64,000 nucleotides of DNA. Source: Eledone cirrhosa (lineage: Eukaryota). The DNA is taken from NCBI GenBank assembly GCA_964016885.1, contig OZ024746.1:43152001-43216000 (forward strand). The letters are read 5' to 3'. A program made the translations under genes and the position numbers. The notes under the pieces are model-generated. The model did no database searches and was not told the origin of the DNA. It saw only the letters and a list, made by a program, of their open reading frames with translations. Shown here in pieces: positions 1 to 12,300 of the stretch; position 1 is the first letter of the stretch, and every line of letters begins with the position of its first letter.

Positions 1-236
1 GTATCAGGAGTTTGAACTTCTCTCAACATAATCAAAAGCATCTTATTAATGGAAGGAATAACTAAAATTATTCTACTCCTTCAAAAAAAAAAAAAAATGC
101 TCAACTTAGATTAGTTCAAATACATACATGATACCTACCTTCCTCCCAACCTACCTACTAACCTACATACATACAAATGTACATACATACACAAATACAT
201 ATGATTGCATTCACACAGATGTAAACATATATATAT

Positions 237-1510
237 ATCATCATCATCGTTTAACGTCCATGTTCCACGCTTGCATGGGTTTGGACGGGAGTTTTCCCAC
301 TTGAGGCAAGAGTGGTTGTCTTGCTCGACTGTCTGGCGGGTTTTCTACAGCTGGATGCCCTTCCTAACACCAACCACATTTACAGTGTGGGGCTGGGAGG
401 TTTTTACTGTGTTGCCTACACGGCCACATTACAGCATTGACTGTGTGTTTTTTTGTCGTGACACCTACACGATCTCATTTGTTTTGGCCTGGATGTTGTG
501 GCACCAACATAACTTTACATTGAAAGGGGCGGTGTGGGTGGGTGGGTGGGGGGGTGGGGGGGGGGGGGGGGGTTATTAGAGATGCCTACTGACTGTAGTA
601 GGTTTTACTTTGTATTCAGGTAAGGCGGGTCTTTTCTATTACTGAGTACCGCCAAAGATCTCGGTCCAGTGACATTGTCTTGGAGAGGTGTAAGTGTGTG
701 AGGTCGGAATTTATCAGGTCGTCCCAGGTTTTTCTGGGTCTGCCTACTCCGTGGCTACCGTCTATCTTTATTGCCCTGCACTTTTTTATACAGCTATCGT
801 CTTTCATGCGCATCACGTGACCATACCAACATAGCCTTCTCTCGACTAAACAACATCTGATCCCTCTTATTTCTAATTTTTCCCTTAGTTCGTTTATGCT
901 TTGCCGTTCGCGTATATTACTATTACACATCCAGCAGAGCATGCAAGCTTCGTTCCTCTCTAGTCTGCGTATATCCTCTGCACACAATGCCCAGGTCTGA
1001 CTGCCATGCAACATTGCTGTTCGTATGCAGGCATCATACAGTCTGCCTTTCAATTTTAGGGAGAAACCTTTAGCGGCTAATAGTGGTATAAGCACTCTGA
1101 ACTTTTTCCATTCAGTTCTGACTCTAGCTACTGTACTTTCAGAGCACCCTCCCCCACTGCTGATTTTGTCACCCAGGTAACGGAAGCTGTCCACTATTTC
1201 TATAGAACCCTCTGCGCAATTGAAAGTGCTAGTATTTTGTGGGCACTTGCTGCTACTTATTGCACCAGAGCACCGGCCACATTTAAAATCTATGTTCTTA
1301 GTTAGCTTACCTGTGATCCCACTACATCTTTTATGCACCCATACTTTGCATTTGGGACATAAAATGGAGTTTCTACCTACGTCTTTCCTACACACTGAGC
1401 ATGGCCATTTCCCGGAAGGGACCGGCACCTTATTTTCTTTCCTACAAACTAGAACTTTATTCTTAGCCAGGGGTTAATTTTAAGGCCTTTTGATTCTAGG
1501 CCGTGCTTCA
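237..1510 (-). mobile_element. RTE-clade LINE (family A), 5'-truncated young copy with (GAT)n tail
   Basis: Minus strand reads RT C-terminal region (FRYLGD, AMLHGSQTW, RRLCWYGHVMRM, GRPRKTW, DRDLWR) to a stop at 616-618, then a ~370-nt 3' UTR ending GGACGTTAAACGATGATGAT. Near-identical copy at 8634-9335 and longer copy at 51497-53290. Confidence 0.93.
616..1428 (-). pseudogene. Uninterrupted C-terminal 270 aa of RTE ORF2 (PHD finger plus RT thumb/C-terminus); no own start
   Basis: ORF track translation: C4HC3 motif at 1270-1401 followed by RTE C-terminal motifs. Homology to 52206-52997 continues to ~1510 across a frameshift. Confidence 0.88.
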
Positions 1511-2422
1511 TATATACAAGTATATTCATATATAAGTATGTATGTGTCTGTGAATTAGGCATGTATTAATATTGTTTTTCATAAAGCCTAGAAAAATTGC
1601 TTATATTATTTTTGATTATTTTAGTAGTATTTTATGGTGTTGTATGACATTTATAATATTATAAGAGAAATTAATAATACAAGTGAAGTGAAGTAGTTAT
1701 GACCTGTAATTGAAACCTGGACTGTGATCCAACTATATGAAACATTACTCAATAGAACACATATAGGCAAAATTGATATATAAGTTTGAGGCAAACTAAT
1801 ACACACTTTCTATAATGTTTTATTTAAAGAAAGAAATATCTTAATAGGGTTTTCAATTTAAAAAAGAATATCAATTTTCTATAACAAAGTTAGTTTTTTT
1901 AGGAAAGGTTTTTGTCATATACTCATTGCACTTTTTATTTCTCTGGAATTGAAATTGCTACAAAGATTTTATTATGTTTCGTTAAAGAAGTATGATTCAT
2001 TTACATCTATTGGAGTAAAAACATACTCCAAAATATTCTTGATGAAGCTTAAAAGATGATGTGTTCAAACAGGAAAGTAAATGAAAAAAATATTATTTAT
2101 TATAGAACATTATTTTTCAAAGCTTTCACCAGTTTTATATGTTCAATAAACTTAATACATTATCTGAAAAACAAAACAACACTGCATAGGTATACTACAT
2201 ATAATAATATTTCATGAATTAGTGAACCCCTAATATGAGAAAGTTTTGAAATGAAAGGGGCACAAAAAGAAAAAATGCAGATAATATGAATTATAACAAA
2301 ATGCTCTATCTATTGATCTATCTAACAGTCTATCTATCTACCTACCTACTGGTCTGTCTGTCCATCTCTATGCATGTATGTACATACATTTATATATATG
2401 TATGGATGTAGATATATATATA

Positions 2423-2554
2423 TGGAGGCACATGGCTTAGTTGCCTTGCAATCGAAAGGTTGTGAGTTCAATTCTCAGACTGGGTGATGTGTTGTTTCCT
2501 TGAGCAAGACACTTTATTTCACATTGCTCCAGTTTACTCAGCTGTAGAAATGAG
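2423..2554 (+). mobile_element. tRNA-derived SINE, 5' half with CORE-like domain
   Basis: A-box-like TGGCTTAGTTG, B-box-like GTTCAATTC, then CCTTGAGCAAGACACTTTATTTCACATTGCTCCAGTTTACTCAGCTGTAGAAATGAG. Matches the full copy at 43454-43792. Confidence 0.8.
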
Positions 2555-2581
2555 ATGATAGGGACTGGGATCCCTATCATT

Positions 2582-2806
2582 CCACTGCAAAGTGGACGTG
2601 GAGGTGCCACGGCAAAAAAGCACCCAGCACTCACTGTAAATGAAGTTGGTGTTAGGAAGGGCATCCAGCTGTAGAAATCAAGCCAAATCAGTTCCTGTAT
2701 GAGCAAGGCATGGTCAGCCGACCAGACACTGCCCACAACAGGACAACCCGTCTAACCCATGCTAGCATGGAAGAACGGACGTAAAAACGGTGATGATGAT
2801 GATGAT
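2582..2806 (+). mobile_element. RTE LINE family B 3' UTR fragment with (GAT)n tail
   Basis: Near-identical to 6129-6446 (-) and to the 3' UTR of 30875-31369, which still carries the ORF end. Confidence 0.88.
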
Positions 2807-2902
2807 ATATAAGCGGAAAAAATGAAACAAAATTTCATTTCCCACTCTTAGTATGGCTGTTACTTAAATATAAGTATGTACACGTACATACATATATGTA
2901 TA

Positions 2903-3192
2903 CAGACCGTTTATCGTTTCCGTTTATCGTTTTCGGTGCACCCGGCCGATTAACCCACTCGATATGCAAATTGGGCTACTCAGCCGTTAATATGCATAAG
3001 GTAAGTATATACGTTCAACAATCTGGCAGGAAGGTATACGTTGCTGACGATAGCTAATAAGCTTGAAACTAGTACAGCGTTCCTTTGTCAGTGTTGAACA
3101 AATGAGCAACGATGGTTGCTGGACACTACGGCTTAATACGGGATATTTGTTTACAAACACACCAAGCATTATAATAAATGTTCGGTGAATCC
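2903..3192 (+). mobile_element. CpG-retaining ~290-bp insertion carrying a hammerhead ribozyme (Penelope-like pLTR or retrozyme-like monomer)
   Basis: Abruptly CpG-rich segment between TA/TG microsatellites, containing the hammerhead at 3013-3099 and an AATAAA near the 3' end. Confidence 0.6.
3013..3099 (+). ncRNA. Type I hammerhead ribozyme, canonical core
   Basis: Stem I ACGTTG(3038-43)/CAGCGT(3075-80); CTGACGA 3044-50; stem II T-AGCT-AATA-AGCT-T; GAAA 3065-68; palindromic ACTAGT helix III; GUA cleavage triplet ending at 3074. Distal stem I: AAGG/CCTT, CTGGCA/TGTCAG, GTTCAACA/TGTTGAAC. Confidence 0.85.
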
Positions 3193-3289
3193 ATACATAC
3201 ATATATATATGTGTGCATGTATGTATATATATATACATACTACTGTACGTCTGTATACATATATGTATGTACGTGTACATACTTATATT

Positions 3290-3321
<32 letters not shown>

Positions 3322-4262
3322 TAAAGGAAATAACTTGCTAATCTGTTTTGAATACTATAAATTACTCTACAACTGTATTTACTGTTAATTTTGCTTTGAC
3401 TCCACCTGCTGTTACACCTCATCCAGGGCCATATAATTCATAAGGCTGATTAAGCTGAAGTCTAGGAGCCTCATCAACTTTTTTTCTTTGTGAGGCATTA
3501 TTTCTGGGTTGAAAGTTAGAATTGCCAGAAGGATCCAAAAATATCCAAATGCCTAGGGAACCAGACACAAGTCAATGTGACCCTGACCTCATACTTCCAT
3601 CCACTTTAATTGTATATCACCTACTGTCATTTACTCACTCACTATTTCCACACCTCTTGTGACAGCAATTAAATGCATATAGCTTATTTTCATATGTGGA
3701 TATTTGTTACAGTAGAAATATAATACCATTCGTAATTAAGAACATACAGTACACTACTTTTGTCAATACTTATAAATATCTCCATAAATGTTTAATTAAT
3801 TCATGTTTAAGAAAAACATTACTCAACTTATAAATCATTATATATTGAATATAAATGTACAGATTATTTACATGCATATAAAGAATGAAAGAATAAACAA
3901 AACAGCAGAAAAGTTATATCCTTATGTGTCCAGTGTTTGCATTTTATTCAATATGTATGAATGTTTTTTTTCCAATCCATGCAATCATGGGAAAATGGAC
4001 ATAAATTGATAACTAACTGAGTAACACATATTTCTGTTATCACTCATTAAGATTGTACATGTATTGACACTCTTTAAGTTCTCAAATATACTATTCATGT
4101 ACAAACAATATTATAACCACCTATTTAGATGGCATATCTTCCATAAAGAGTTAAAATATACTGAAATAGACAGCTGACAAACTGGTCTTATACAAGAGTA
4201 CTGAAAACCAGGCTTTATACATGTAAAAGCAACCAGCTGACAGGAAGCCACCAAGAGAAATT

Positions 4263-4432
4263 CTATGTGGCTGTTTAGCTTGATAGAAATAGTAGCAAAA
4301 TCTCCAAAATCATCTTAAAAACAAAGGGCCTGTTGGATAATGTTGTTCTGGGTGCACTGTGACTATAAGGAAGTTGGGTTAGTCATAGCTGGAATGTTTT
4401 GATCATGTCTTTTCAAATGGGACTAAACAAAA
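4263..4432 (+). mobile_element. Old dispersed SINE-like repeat (3' part); relatives at ~16700-16855, ~55605-55750, ~56915-57100
   Basis: Shared blocks such as AGAAATAG..AAATCTCC..TCTTAAAA..TTGGATAATGT..GCTGGAAT..TTGATCA..CTAAACAA in four diverged copies. Confidence 0.55.
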
Positions 4433-5624
4433 GCTAGTTCACAGAATTGAATTCTCTCTACCCAATAATGTAACTATGCTATTCCCTATAAATGCTTAAT
4501 TTTAATCCCAAAAATGTCTTTCAAGGTAACAACATTCTTTATTTAGCTTTTTTATTTAGCTTCTTGAAATCTAATTTGTCACTTCAAAGCTAGAAAATGG
4601 TTTAATCTGTATAGGACTAAAATGGGTATTGGTGCTGTTCTTCCTCATCAGTGTAACTAATAAAAGTAGCTACTAAAAATAAGAAAATAAATTAAGCTAG
4701 AAAACATTATGGCTATGAAATTATACTTTAGAAGTATAAAGTATTTCAAAAATCTAAATTCATTTATCCACCAAACTTTTATTGATTTATTTCTTTTTGT
4801 TGTTGTTGTTTTCAGCTTTTTGAATATTCACTTTTTTGAAAAAGGTATTTATTGATTAGAATGGAAATGAAATATATTTCTACTAATAAAAAAGATGAAG
4901 CTACTGAATAAATGATATCATTATATAAATAGATTTTCCAGTCATTTCAACATACTCCTTGATACAATCAATAAACATTAGTACCCTACCACATGAAGAA
5001 GAGTATAAAATAAATTAATGCAGCAGGATGAGCTTCCTTATGTTTAAAACCTGCTGAAATGATTAATTTAGAAGATTCTCTGTTATATAATCATTTCAAC
5101 ATTTTTATGATAGTGTGAAAGTAGACATTAAGTAGATGATATTACTATGAAACATTCTTTTTCATTAATGCAGATATTATCATCAAGAGAAATTTTATAT
5201 CAAAACCAAAGATAATCAGAGGAAAGATGGAGAAAAGATAAAAATGAAGCTATATATAAAAGAAGGATAAAAAGGATATAAAAAAGTGATTGGTATTCTT
5301 ATGATAAGAATATGACTGAACATATCTAATTAAAAAAATATTAAAGAAATATAAAAAATTGATTTCCTTAGATACACATTTTAAAACATTTCCTAATGGC
5401 AATTAAATTTAGGTTCATATAATGAAAGCTAGGGACAGGAGCTGAAAGAGTGCTCCTCATTGATAGAGCATTTAAAAGCAATATATCAGACAGAAATCTT
5501 TCAGATAATCTGAACATTTTCAACATCTACAATTTATCTTGGTTCTTTCCTATATATATAAATGCATTTATGTGTATATACATATACACATGTATGTACA
5601 TATGTATATATGTATGTATGTTAT

Positions 5625-6128
5625 GTCAGGTCGCTCTCATGTGGTACTGGTAACATGTAACCCAGTACAACCTGTCTTGTGGTCGGGTCGTCGGAGACTA
5701 AACTTGTTTGGTCAGGAGGGTGATATTTGGACATCCTGCAGGAAGAAATACTAGATGCAGCAAAGGGCGGAGGAACTTGGGAGAGTCAACGGCCATCCAA
5801 ATAGTACCTTTTTTTTTGCCTGCGAGTGAAAGGCCCCCAGTTGTTGTGACAAGACCTTTCTAAGAGAAGGAAACTCCGAAAAAAGAAACCTGCGGCTTCG
5901 GAAGCATTCAATGATGTTGACCAGTTCTCCTTTTCGGGTAGTGGTTTTGGTGCTCAGAGAGTGGGATTGGTTGAGTGCAAGGCCTTTAAAAACCTTAAAA
6001 ACCTTCAAAGCAGAGGCCTTGCTTGTTCAGGATCTGTTACAGGTTCATGTGGCTGGCCATAGCCTAAAGAGGCACCATTTTCTGAAATTTTACAAGCGAT
6101 TGCTATACTCTTAGCAGCGTTTGCAGCC
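5625..6128 (+). mobile_element. Probable 5' UTR fragment of a different RTE LINE (family C)
   Basis: GC-richer block with AAGACCTTTCTAAGAGAAGGAAACTCCGAA..AAACC, resembling a motif I recall from RTE 5' regions; GTACTGG/CCAGTAC hairpin near the start. Same strand as the RTE 3' end at 6444-6846. Confidence 0.5.
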
Positions 6129-6446
6129 ATCATCATCATCATCATCATCACCGTTTTACGTCTGTTCTTCCACGCTAGCATGGGTTAGACGGGTTGTCCT
6201 GTTGTGGGCAGTGTCTGGTTGGCTGACCATGCCTTGCTCATACAGGAACTGATTTGACTTGATTTCTACAGCTGGATGCCCTTCCTAACACCAACCTCAT
6301 TTACAGTGAGTGCTGGGTGCTTTTTTGTGGTGCCTACACGTCCACTTTACAGTGTGGGCTGGGTGCTTTTTTGCCGTGGCACCTCCACGACCACCTTGCG
6401 GTGGGGGGTGTGGGGGCATATTGTCTATATGCTTCAGCTTGTACCC
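6129..6446 (-). mobile_element. RTE family B 3' UTR with (GAT)n tail
   Basis: (ATC)n at 6129; reverse complement matches 31050-31369 through GGGTACAAGCTGAAGC. Confidence 0.9.
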
Positions 6447-6846
6447 AAAATGTATGTATGGACTGTATGGAAAGCTGAGCCAGGGAAAGCCCTCAGTTAG
6501 TGGACAGAAGAAGCATTTCAGAGACTAACTGAAAGTATTCCTCAAAAACCTTAATATTAATCCCAGTAGCTGGGACTCACTTGGATCACTCAGATGGTCA
6601 AAGCAATATCTTTTAGGGAGTTGTGCAGCAGAAAGCAGACACATTACAGAGGCTCAGAGGAAATGGTGTGTGTGCATCAAATGAACCACATCCACTTCAT
6701 CACCTACACACATGTGCCCCACATATGGGTGTGATTTCAAGGCTGGGATTGGCCTCATCAGCAACCTGGACCCATAACAAAAGATTCTCAACCCAATATT
6801 GAAGTCATGGTCATCTCCGATTCTCAAGGATGGCAACAACAACAAT
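6444..6846 (+). mobile_element. 3' end of RTE family C (AviRTE/BovB-like C-terminus, decayed C2H2 finger, (CAA)n tail)
   Basis: Translates LYGKLSQGKPSVSGQKKHFRD*LKVFLKNLNINPSSW..HMCPTYGCDFKAGIGLISNL, matching the RTE pattern LYGEL..G.R..GGQ.KRFKD.LK..CP.C.R.F.A.IGL.SH. Ends in CAACAACAACAA. Confidence 0.82.
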
Positions 6847-6855
6847 ACATGTATG

Positions 6856-7178
<323 letters not shown>

Positions 7179-7544
7179 TACCTACATAAACAGACAGTTA
7201 GGCATAGATATGTTTCACTCAGTGAAAAATTAAGCAAGAGTGTGACAGTTTATATTGCATCACCAGCACTGAGTCGTCACCAATACACTTAGCTCTTAAG
7301 ATTGAGCATCAAACTTAAAGTAGGCACATAAAGATAGTATAGTTTGCTGTAAGAAGTTGTAATGTGAAAATGATTGGTGTTTCACACAATAATGAATGTA
7401 ATTTTTCCCAAAATAAAAAGTGTCATGGCTTGGCTTCACTAATGAACATTTTTGAAAGGTCCTGCACATGTCTATTGCATGTTCAGTGTTAGTGGCCATG
7501 GCCAATATAAATTCACAGTCACAGTGATAGTGGCTGCAAAGGAA

Positions 7545-7975
7545 AATTCTGTCTTGTCCTCAGCAATTTCAAAGAAGGAAATTGATTGATGGATGGTATG
7601 TTGCCAGGTCACACAAGCAGAGACAACATCAGATCACTGGTGATGGCCAATGTGACATGCTTGTACCATTATTTCAATGCTGTTCTGTTGTGCTGGTGGG
7701 TAGTGAAGATTTTACTGTACAGCAAAATCTTTGGCAGGTGATGATTCTCCATCCAGGTAACATGCCCTGCTCAGTGCAGCTGCATCTTTACAAAATAGCC
7801 TTGATACTATTGACCTCTGTATGTTCAAGAAATTCAATGTTGGTAATAAAGTCACTCCAGTGCTTGCTGAGAATGGTACGATGGTAACACTGGTGGAAGT
7901 ACTGAAGGACTCATAGAAGATGACAGTAATTAACCCACAACTCAGAGCCATATGGAAGGGTGGTCAGTATAACTC
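7545..7975 (-). mobile_element. Decayed RTE ORF2 fragment (post-RT region)
   Basis: With stops and frameshifts reads VILTTLPYGSELW..FHQCYHRTILSKHWSDFITNIEFLE..AGHVTWMENHHLPKILLY. Confidence 0.85.
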
Positions 7976-8633
7976 ATAATCCACAGGCAAATGAGGATGT
8001 GTCCTATTTTTGTGCACCAAAAAGCAATTAGGGAATTGAAGGGCATGTGTATGTAGGAATTTGTACACAGAACTATGAACTAACAACTTTACATTTCAAT
8101 CAATAAATTAATATTTTTGCATAATATAGTCCATTCTCATTTTATTTCTGTCCTTCCAAAATCCCACTTGGTATCAATTTAAGCATAAGCAATAGATTTT
8201 ACAGGCCCATTAGAATATGTCTGGCTATATATGAGTAAATATTTAAGATTATAAATGAGATTGAAAATCAGTGACATTATACAAGTAATGTACGAGCGAG
8301 CATTAATGAAAATGTAAGTTTCAATGCCAGCCTGACGTTCTGAATAATTTACTTCCTGTTTATTATGATTTATTTATGTAAATACTTCAATTAAGTGTCT
8401 TCATATGTTTGTATACGTTTGTGTCAATATGTACATTTGTGCAAATGCAAAAATTTATACATGCTGATACACTAATATAATAATAAAGCAACCCATGTAT
8501 TTTCCATCATTAATTTAAATAGACAAACACTAAAGCTCCATCCACACTAATTTATAACTAGAAAGGACTATGAAGTGTGGTCATGGACCAATTTGAGGTA
8601 TAATTGATGTTAAGAGCTATATTGCAATTAGCT

Positions 8634-9335
8634 ATCATCATCATCATCAACGTTTAACGTCCGTGTTCCACGCTTGCATGGGTTTGGACGGGAGTTTTCC
8701 CACTTGAGGCAAGAGTGATTGTCTTGCTCGCATAGGACTGTCTGGCAGGTTTTCTACAGTTGGATGCCCTTCCTAACACCAACCACATTTACTGTGTGGG
8801 TCTGGGAGGTTTTTACCGTGTTGCCTACACGGCCACATTACAGCATGGACTGTGTGTTTTTTTGTCGTGACACCTACACGATCTCATTTGTTTCGGCCTG
8901 GATGGTGTGGCACCAACATAACTTTACATAGAAGGGGGCGGTGTGGATGGGGTGGGGGTGGTGGGACGGGGTGTATTTTGTTAGAGATGCCTACTGACTG
9001 TAGTAGGTTTTACTATATATTTAGGTAAGGCGGGTCTTCTCTATTACTGAGTACCGCCAAAGGTCTCGGTCCAGTGACATTGTCTTGGTGAGGTGTAAGT
9101 GTGTGAGGTCGGAGTTTATCAGCTCGTCCCAGGTTTTTCTGGGTCTGCCTATTCCGTGGCTACCGTCTATCTTTATTGCCCTGCACTTTGTTATACAGCT
9201 ATCGTCCTTCATGCGCATCACGTGACCATACCAACGTAGCCTTCTCTCTAGTAAACAACATCTGATCCCTCTTATTTCTAATTTTTTCCTTAGTTCGTTT
9301 ATGCTTTGTCGTTCACGTATATTACTATTACACAT
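8634..9335 (-). mobile_element. RTE family A, 5'-truncated young copy
   Basis: Nearly identical to 237-930; ORF 9021-9335 is open to the stop; (ATC)n tail. Confidence 0.93.
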
Positions 9336-12300
9336 ATGTTATGTATATATGCATGGACCCATACATTTTGACTTCAAAACAGATCCCACTTTATATCAAA
9401 TGTAAAATCTATAATATGCATGTCCTACCTTTATGGTCTTGAAAATTTGAACTGGAATTCATCCATGATTAATAAATTCGAGATCTACTTGGAGTTGCTA
9501 AATCAGTTTATATAATGTGTTTCATAAAAACGAAAATCCTGAAGCACTTTGGCCATGTAAAACGTTCTCAAAATTGTAATTTGGAACATATACGGTGGTA
9601 ATGACTCACAGTAAAAGAAATAGAGGTAGGTTACAGAGACACAGGCAAGACAATGTCTATAAATGATCTGTCCTAAATGTATATGAACTAAACTAAGCCA
9701 CCTTTGGAAGGAACTAAGTCATGTTAGGTCACAAGCTGCAGCAACCAGAGACAGCAAATGATGATAGGAGATGTAGAATCACTTTTTAATCTTGGAAGAT
9801 CCTATCCCTCAATGTCTGAAAACAGCAGATTTCTTCCAGAGAAAGAGTGAGAGAGTGATAGAGAAATATTGAAAAAGAGATATAGAGAAAGAAGCAAACC
9901 CAGTACTAGACTGGTAATTTTTTTTTTATCAATCTTGAAAGGTTGAAATGCAAAATTGACTTAGGTCGATTTAGAACTCAGTGCACAGAAAGCCAGAATG
10001 AATAGCAAAAAGCATTCTATTTTACACAACTGACATTGTCATTTTGCTGTCTATCTATGTTATATATTTCCTTAAGTAGACTGAGCTGAATTTATCTAAC
10101 AAACACAATGGTAAATTTAATGAGTTATGTTCCTGATACAAAATGTTAACTGTACTCTATGTATGAGCAGTGTCCAACTAAATAAATTAAATGTTCTGCT
10201 CTTCTGCTATTTATCTTTAGATGAACTAGTATTTATACTAAAGCAATGAAACTAAGAGAGAAGTATGGATATTACAAATATTGATGTATATTATGCATAG
10301 GAAATGATGTCAAAATGGTAAGGCAGTGAAGGACATAATACAAATTGAATTAATTGGAAAGAGTTAACCTTAAAATACTTTAACCAAACACAGGAATAGT
10401 AAAAACATAAAACCATATGATATTCACATATATAAACTGAATTTAGATGGCTGATCATGATAATTATGAGAGTGATGAGAATAATAGTAAGAGTGATGAT
10501 AATGAAGATTATATTGATGGTGATGATGATGACAAATAAATAAGTTTCAGAATACCATTTCATAAAAATGTTTTCGAAAAAACTTTGGAATTTGCATAAC
10601 CAATTTAATTTCAGCACTAGAAAAACATTCAATTTTAATAAGAAACAGAGATTTCTCTTCAATCATATCTTTTAGTGGTTAGGCCTAAGTGAAAAGCTAT
10701 GAATGCATTTTATTGATGCATATATCAAGTTGGCACATTCATCATAGATCACCCTGTATCAGAGGTAGATTTGTGTGTATGTGTGTATAGTAGTGGGGTG
10801 GAGAGAGAGAGGGGGAGAGAGAGAGCAAATAAAAGACAGAAAGCTTAAGAGAAAAACGAGAACTTAATTCTGTATTTTATAACTCTATAGCTTCATGCAT
10901 TGAGTGAATTCATATCATTCCCTAGACCAGAAATAAACAAAGAATTACATTTTCATTATGTTCAAAGTCTTAGCCACCTACTATTGATGGAATTTTCTTT
11001 TCTTTACTTAAGTCATTTTGTTTGTAAAGTGTGTTAATAAAGATAATGGTTTGCTCTGAGGAATGTTATTTATAGTGACAAAGTCGTGAGTTCGTTTTTA
11101 TAAAGCAAAATAACAAACACTGACAGTTACAAGTTTTTCTAACATGCATTTATTTTTAATTAAAAATCAGAAAAAAATTAGATTAACAAAAATAATAAAA
11201 TCATTCAGGGGAAATTAGTTTGCACATGAAAAGTATCAGCAATCATCACTCTTAAAACATGCTTTTAAAATAAAAAAAATATAGTAAAGGCAAATAAATA
11301 TAAAAGAAGGAAGTATTTCCTTGTGTTCACTTTTCTTATTTATTCTTTATAAGTGGGTAAAAATTAATCTACAATAAGTGGGTGCAATAAACATAGTATG
11401 ATTCAATAAGATAGGAATGGCTTTATCCACTCTTTTCAATCATATTTTTCTAACTGTCTCTTTCTATAAATCTTACTTTTTTTTAGTTTCGATCCATCTA
11501 TTCTTTCTCTTTTCCTCCTCATCTCTGATCAGTCTCTCACTTTCCTCTTCAGATTGCTTGTATAATTTCTTATTTCAATAGATGATGCTTTTTGCTTTTA
11601 ATTCCTTTTCGCCCCATCTGCTTCATTTTCTCTTCTCATCATAATTACTTCCTTTTATAGTGACATATGCACACTTTTTATTGAGTGAAATCTATTTATT
11701 GATTTACAGTTCATTTAATTTAGAAAATGTTCTTCCCTTTGTTTTTGTTGATAATGTAGATGACGTTAATGACAATGTGATGATGTTGATACTATTGGTG
11801 TCAATGATAATTGTAATGATAGTGAACATTATAGGGATAGCAACAATAGTGAGGTTAGCACCAGTGTTTATGGTGGTTTTAACAATCAAAGTATTAATTA
11901 TCCTACTATCTCAGAGACATTTTTCAATATATGGAATCTATCAAGTTGACATAAAGATATCTTGTTTCATTCAAAGCTCTTTAAATTCATACAAATATGA
12001 AATTTACCAGAATATCTCAGAGAACAGTCTACTAATACTGCATCAGGTGTTAGTTCTGTTGGATCTTTACAGTAATTCTTTATTACTGATAATAATTTCA
12101 TTTACTTTAATCATATTGTCAAATATCAATAATCTGTCCTAAGAAAAACAACAATATAGTAACATTCAAGGTTATGTTTTGCTATTTAGTCATATTCTGG
12201 AATATCTTCAGCCTATCACACAAGATGTAATGGATCAAATGTTAAATCAAAAGCATAACTCTAAAGGACACAGGGAATTTAATGGGATAATGAACATTAC

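Noticed and set aside
205-579. Plus-strand ORFs with the SWMPFLTPT motif (also 2437, 6276, 8719, 51583)
   Set aside because: Antisense reading of the RTE 3' UTR; recurrence reflects the repeat, not a protein family.
602-625. TTCAG|GTAAGG ratchet-like motif
   Set aside because: Antisense of the LINE stop-codon region; altered in the other copies and has a weak pyrimidine tract.
2963-2970. Octamer ATGCAAAT as an snRNA enhancer
   Set aside because: Single 8-mer with no snRNA or proximal sequence element recognisable nearby.
6735-6761. Minus-strand CTGATGA-GGC..GCC-TT-GAAA hammerhead look-alike
   Set aside because: Two extra bases before GAAA, no NUH or stem I closure, and it lies in RTE coding sequence.
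11056-11090. CTGAGGA followed by a stem
   Set aside because: No GAAA box or cleavage triplet.
11660-12142. 160-aa hydrophobic ORF (also 10291-10662)
   Set aside because: Product of decayed GAT/ATT-rich low-complexity sequence; no domain or splice support.
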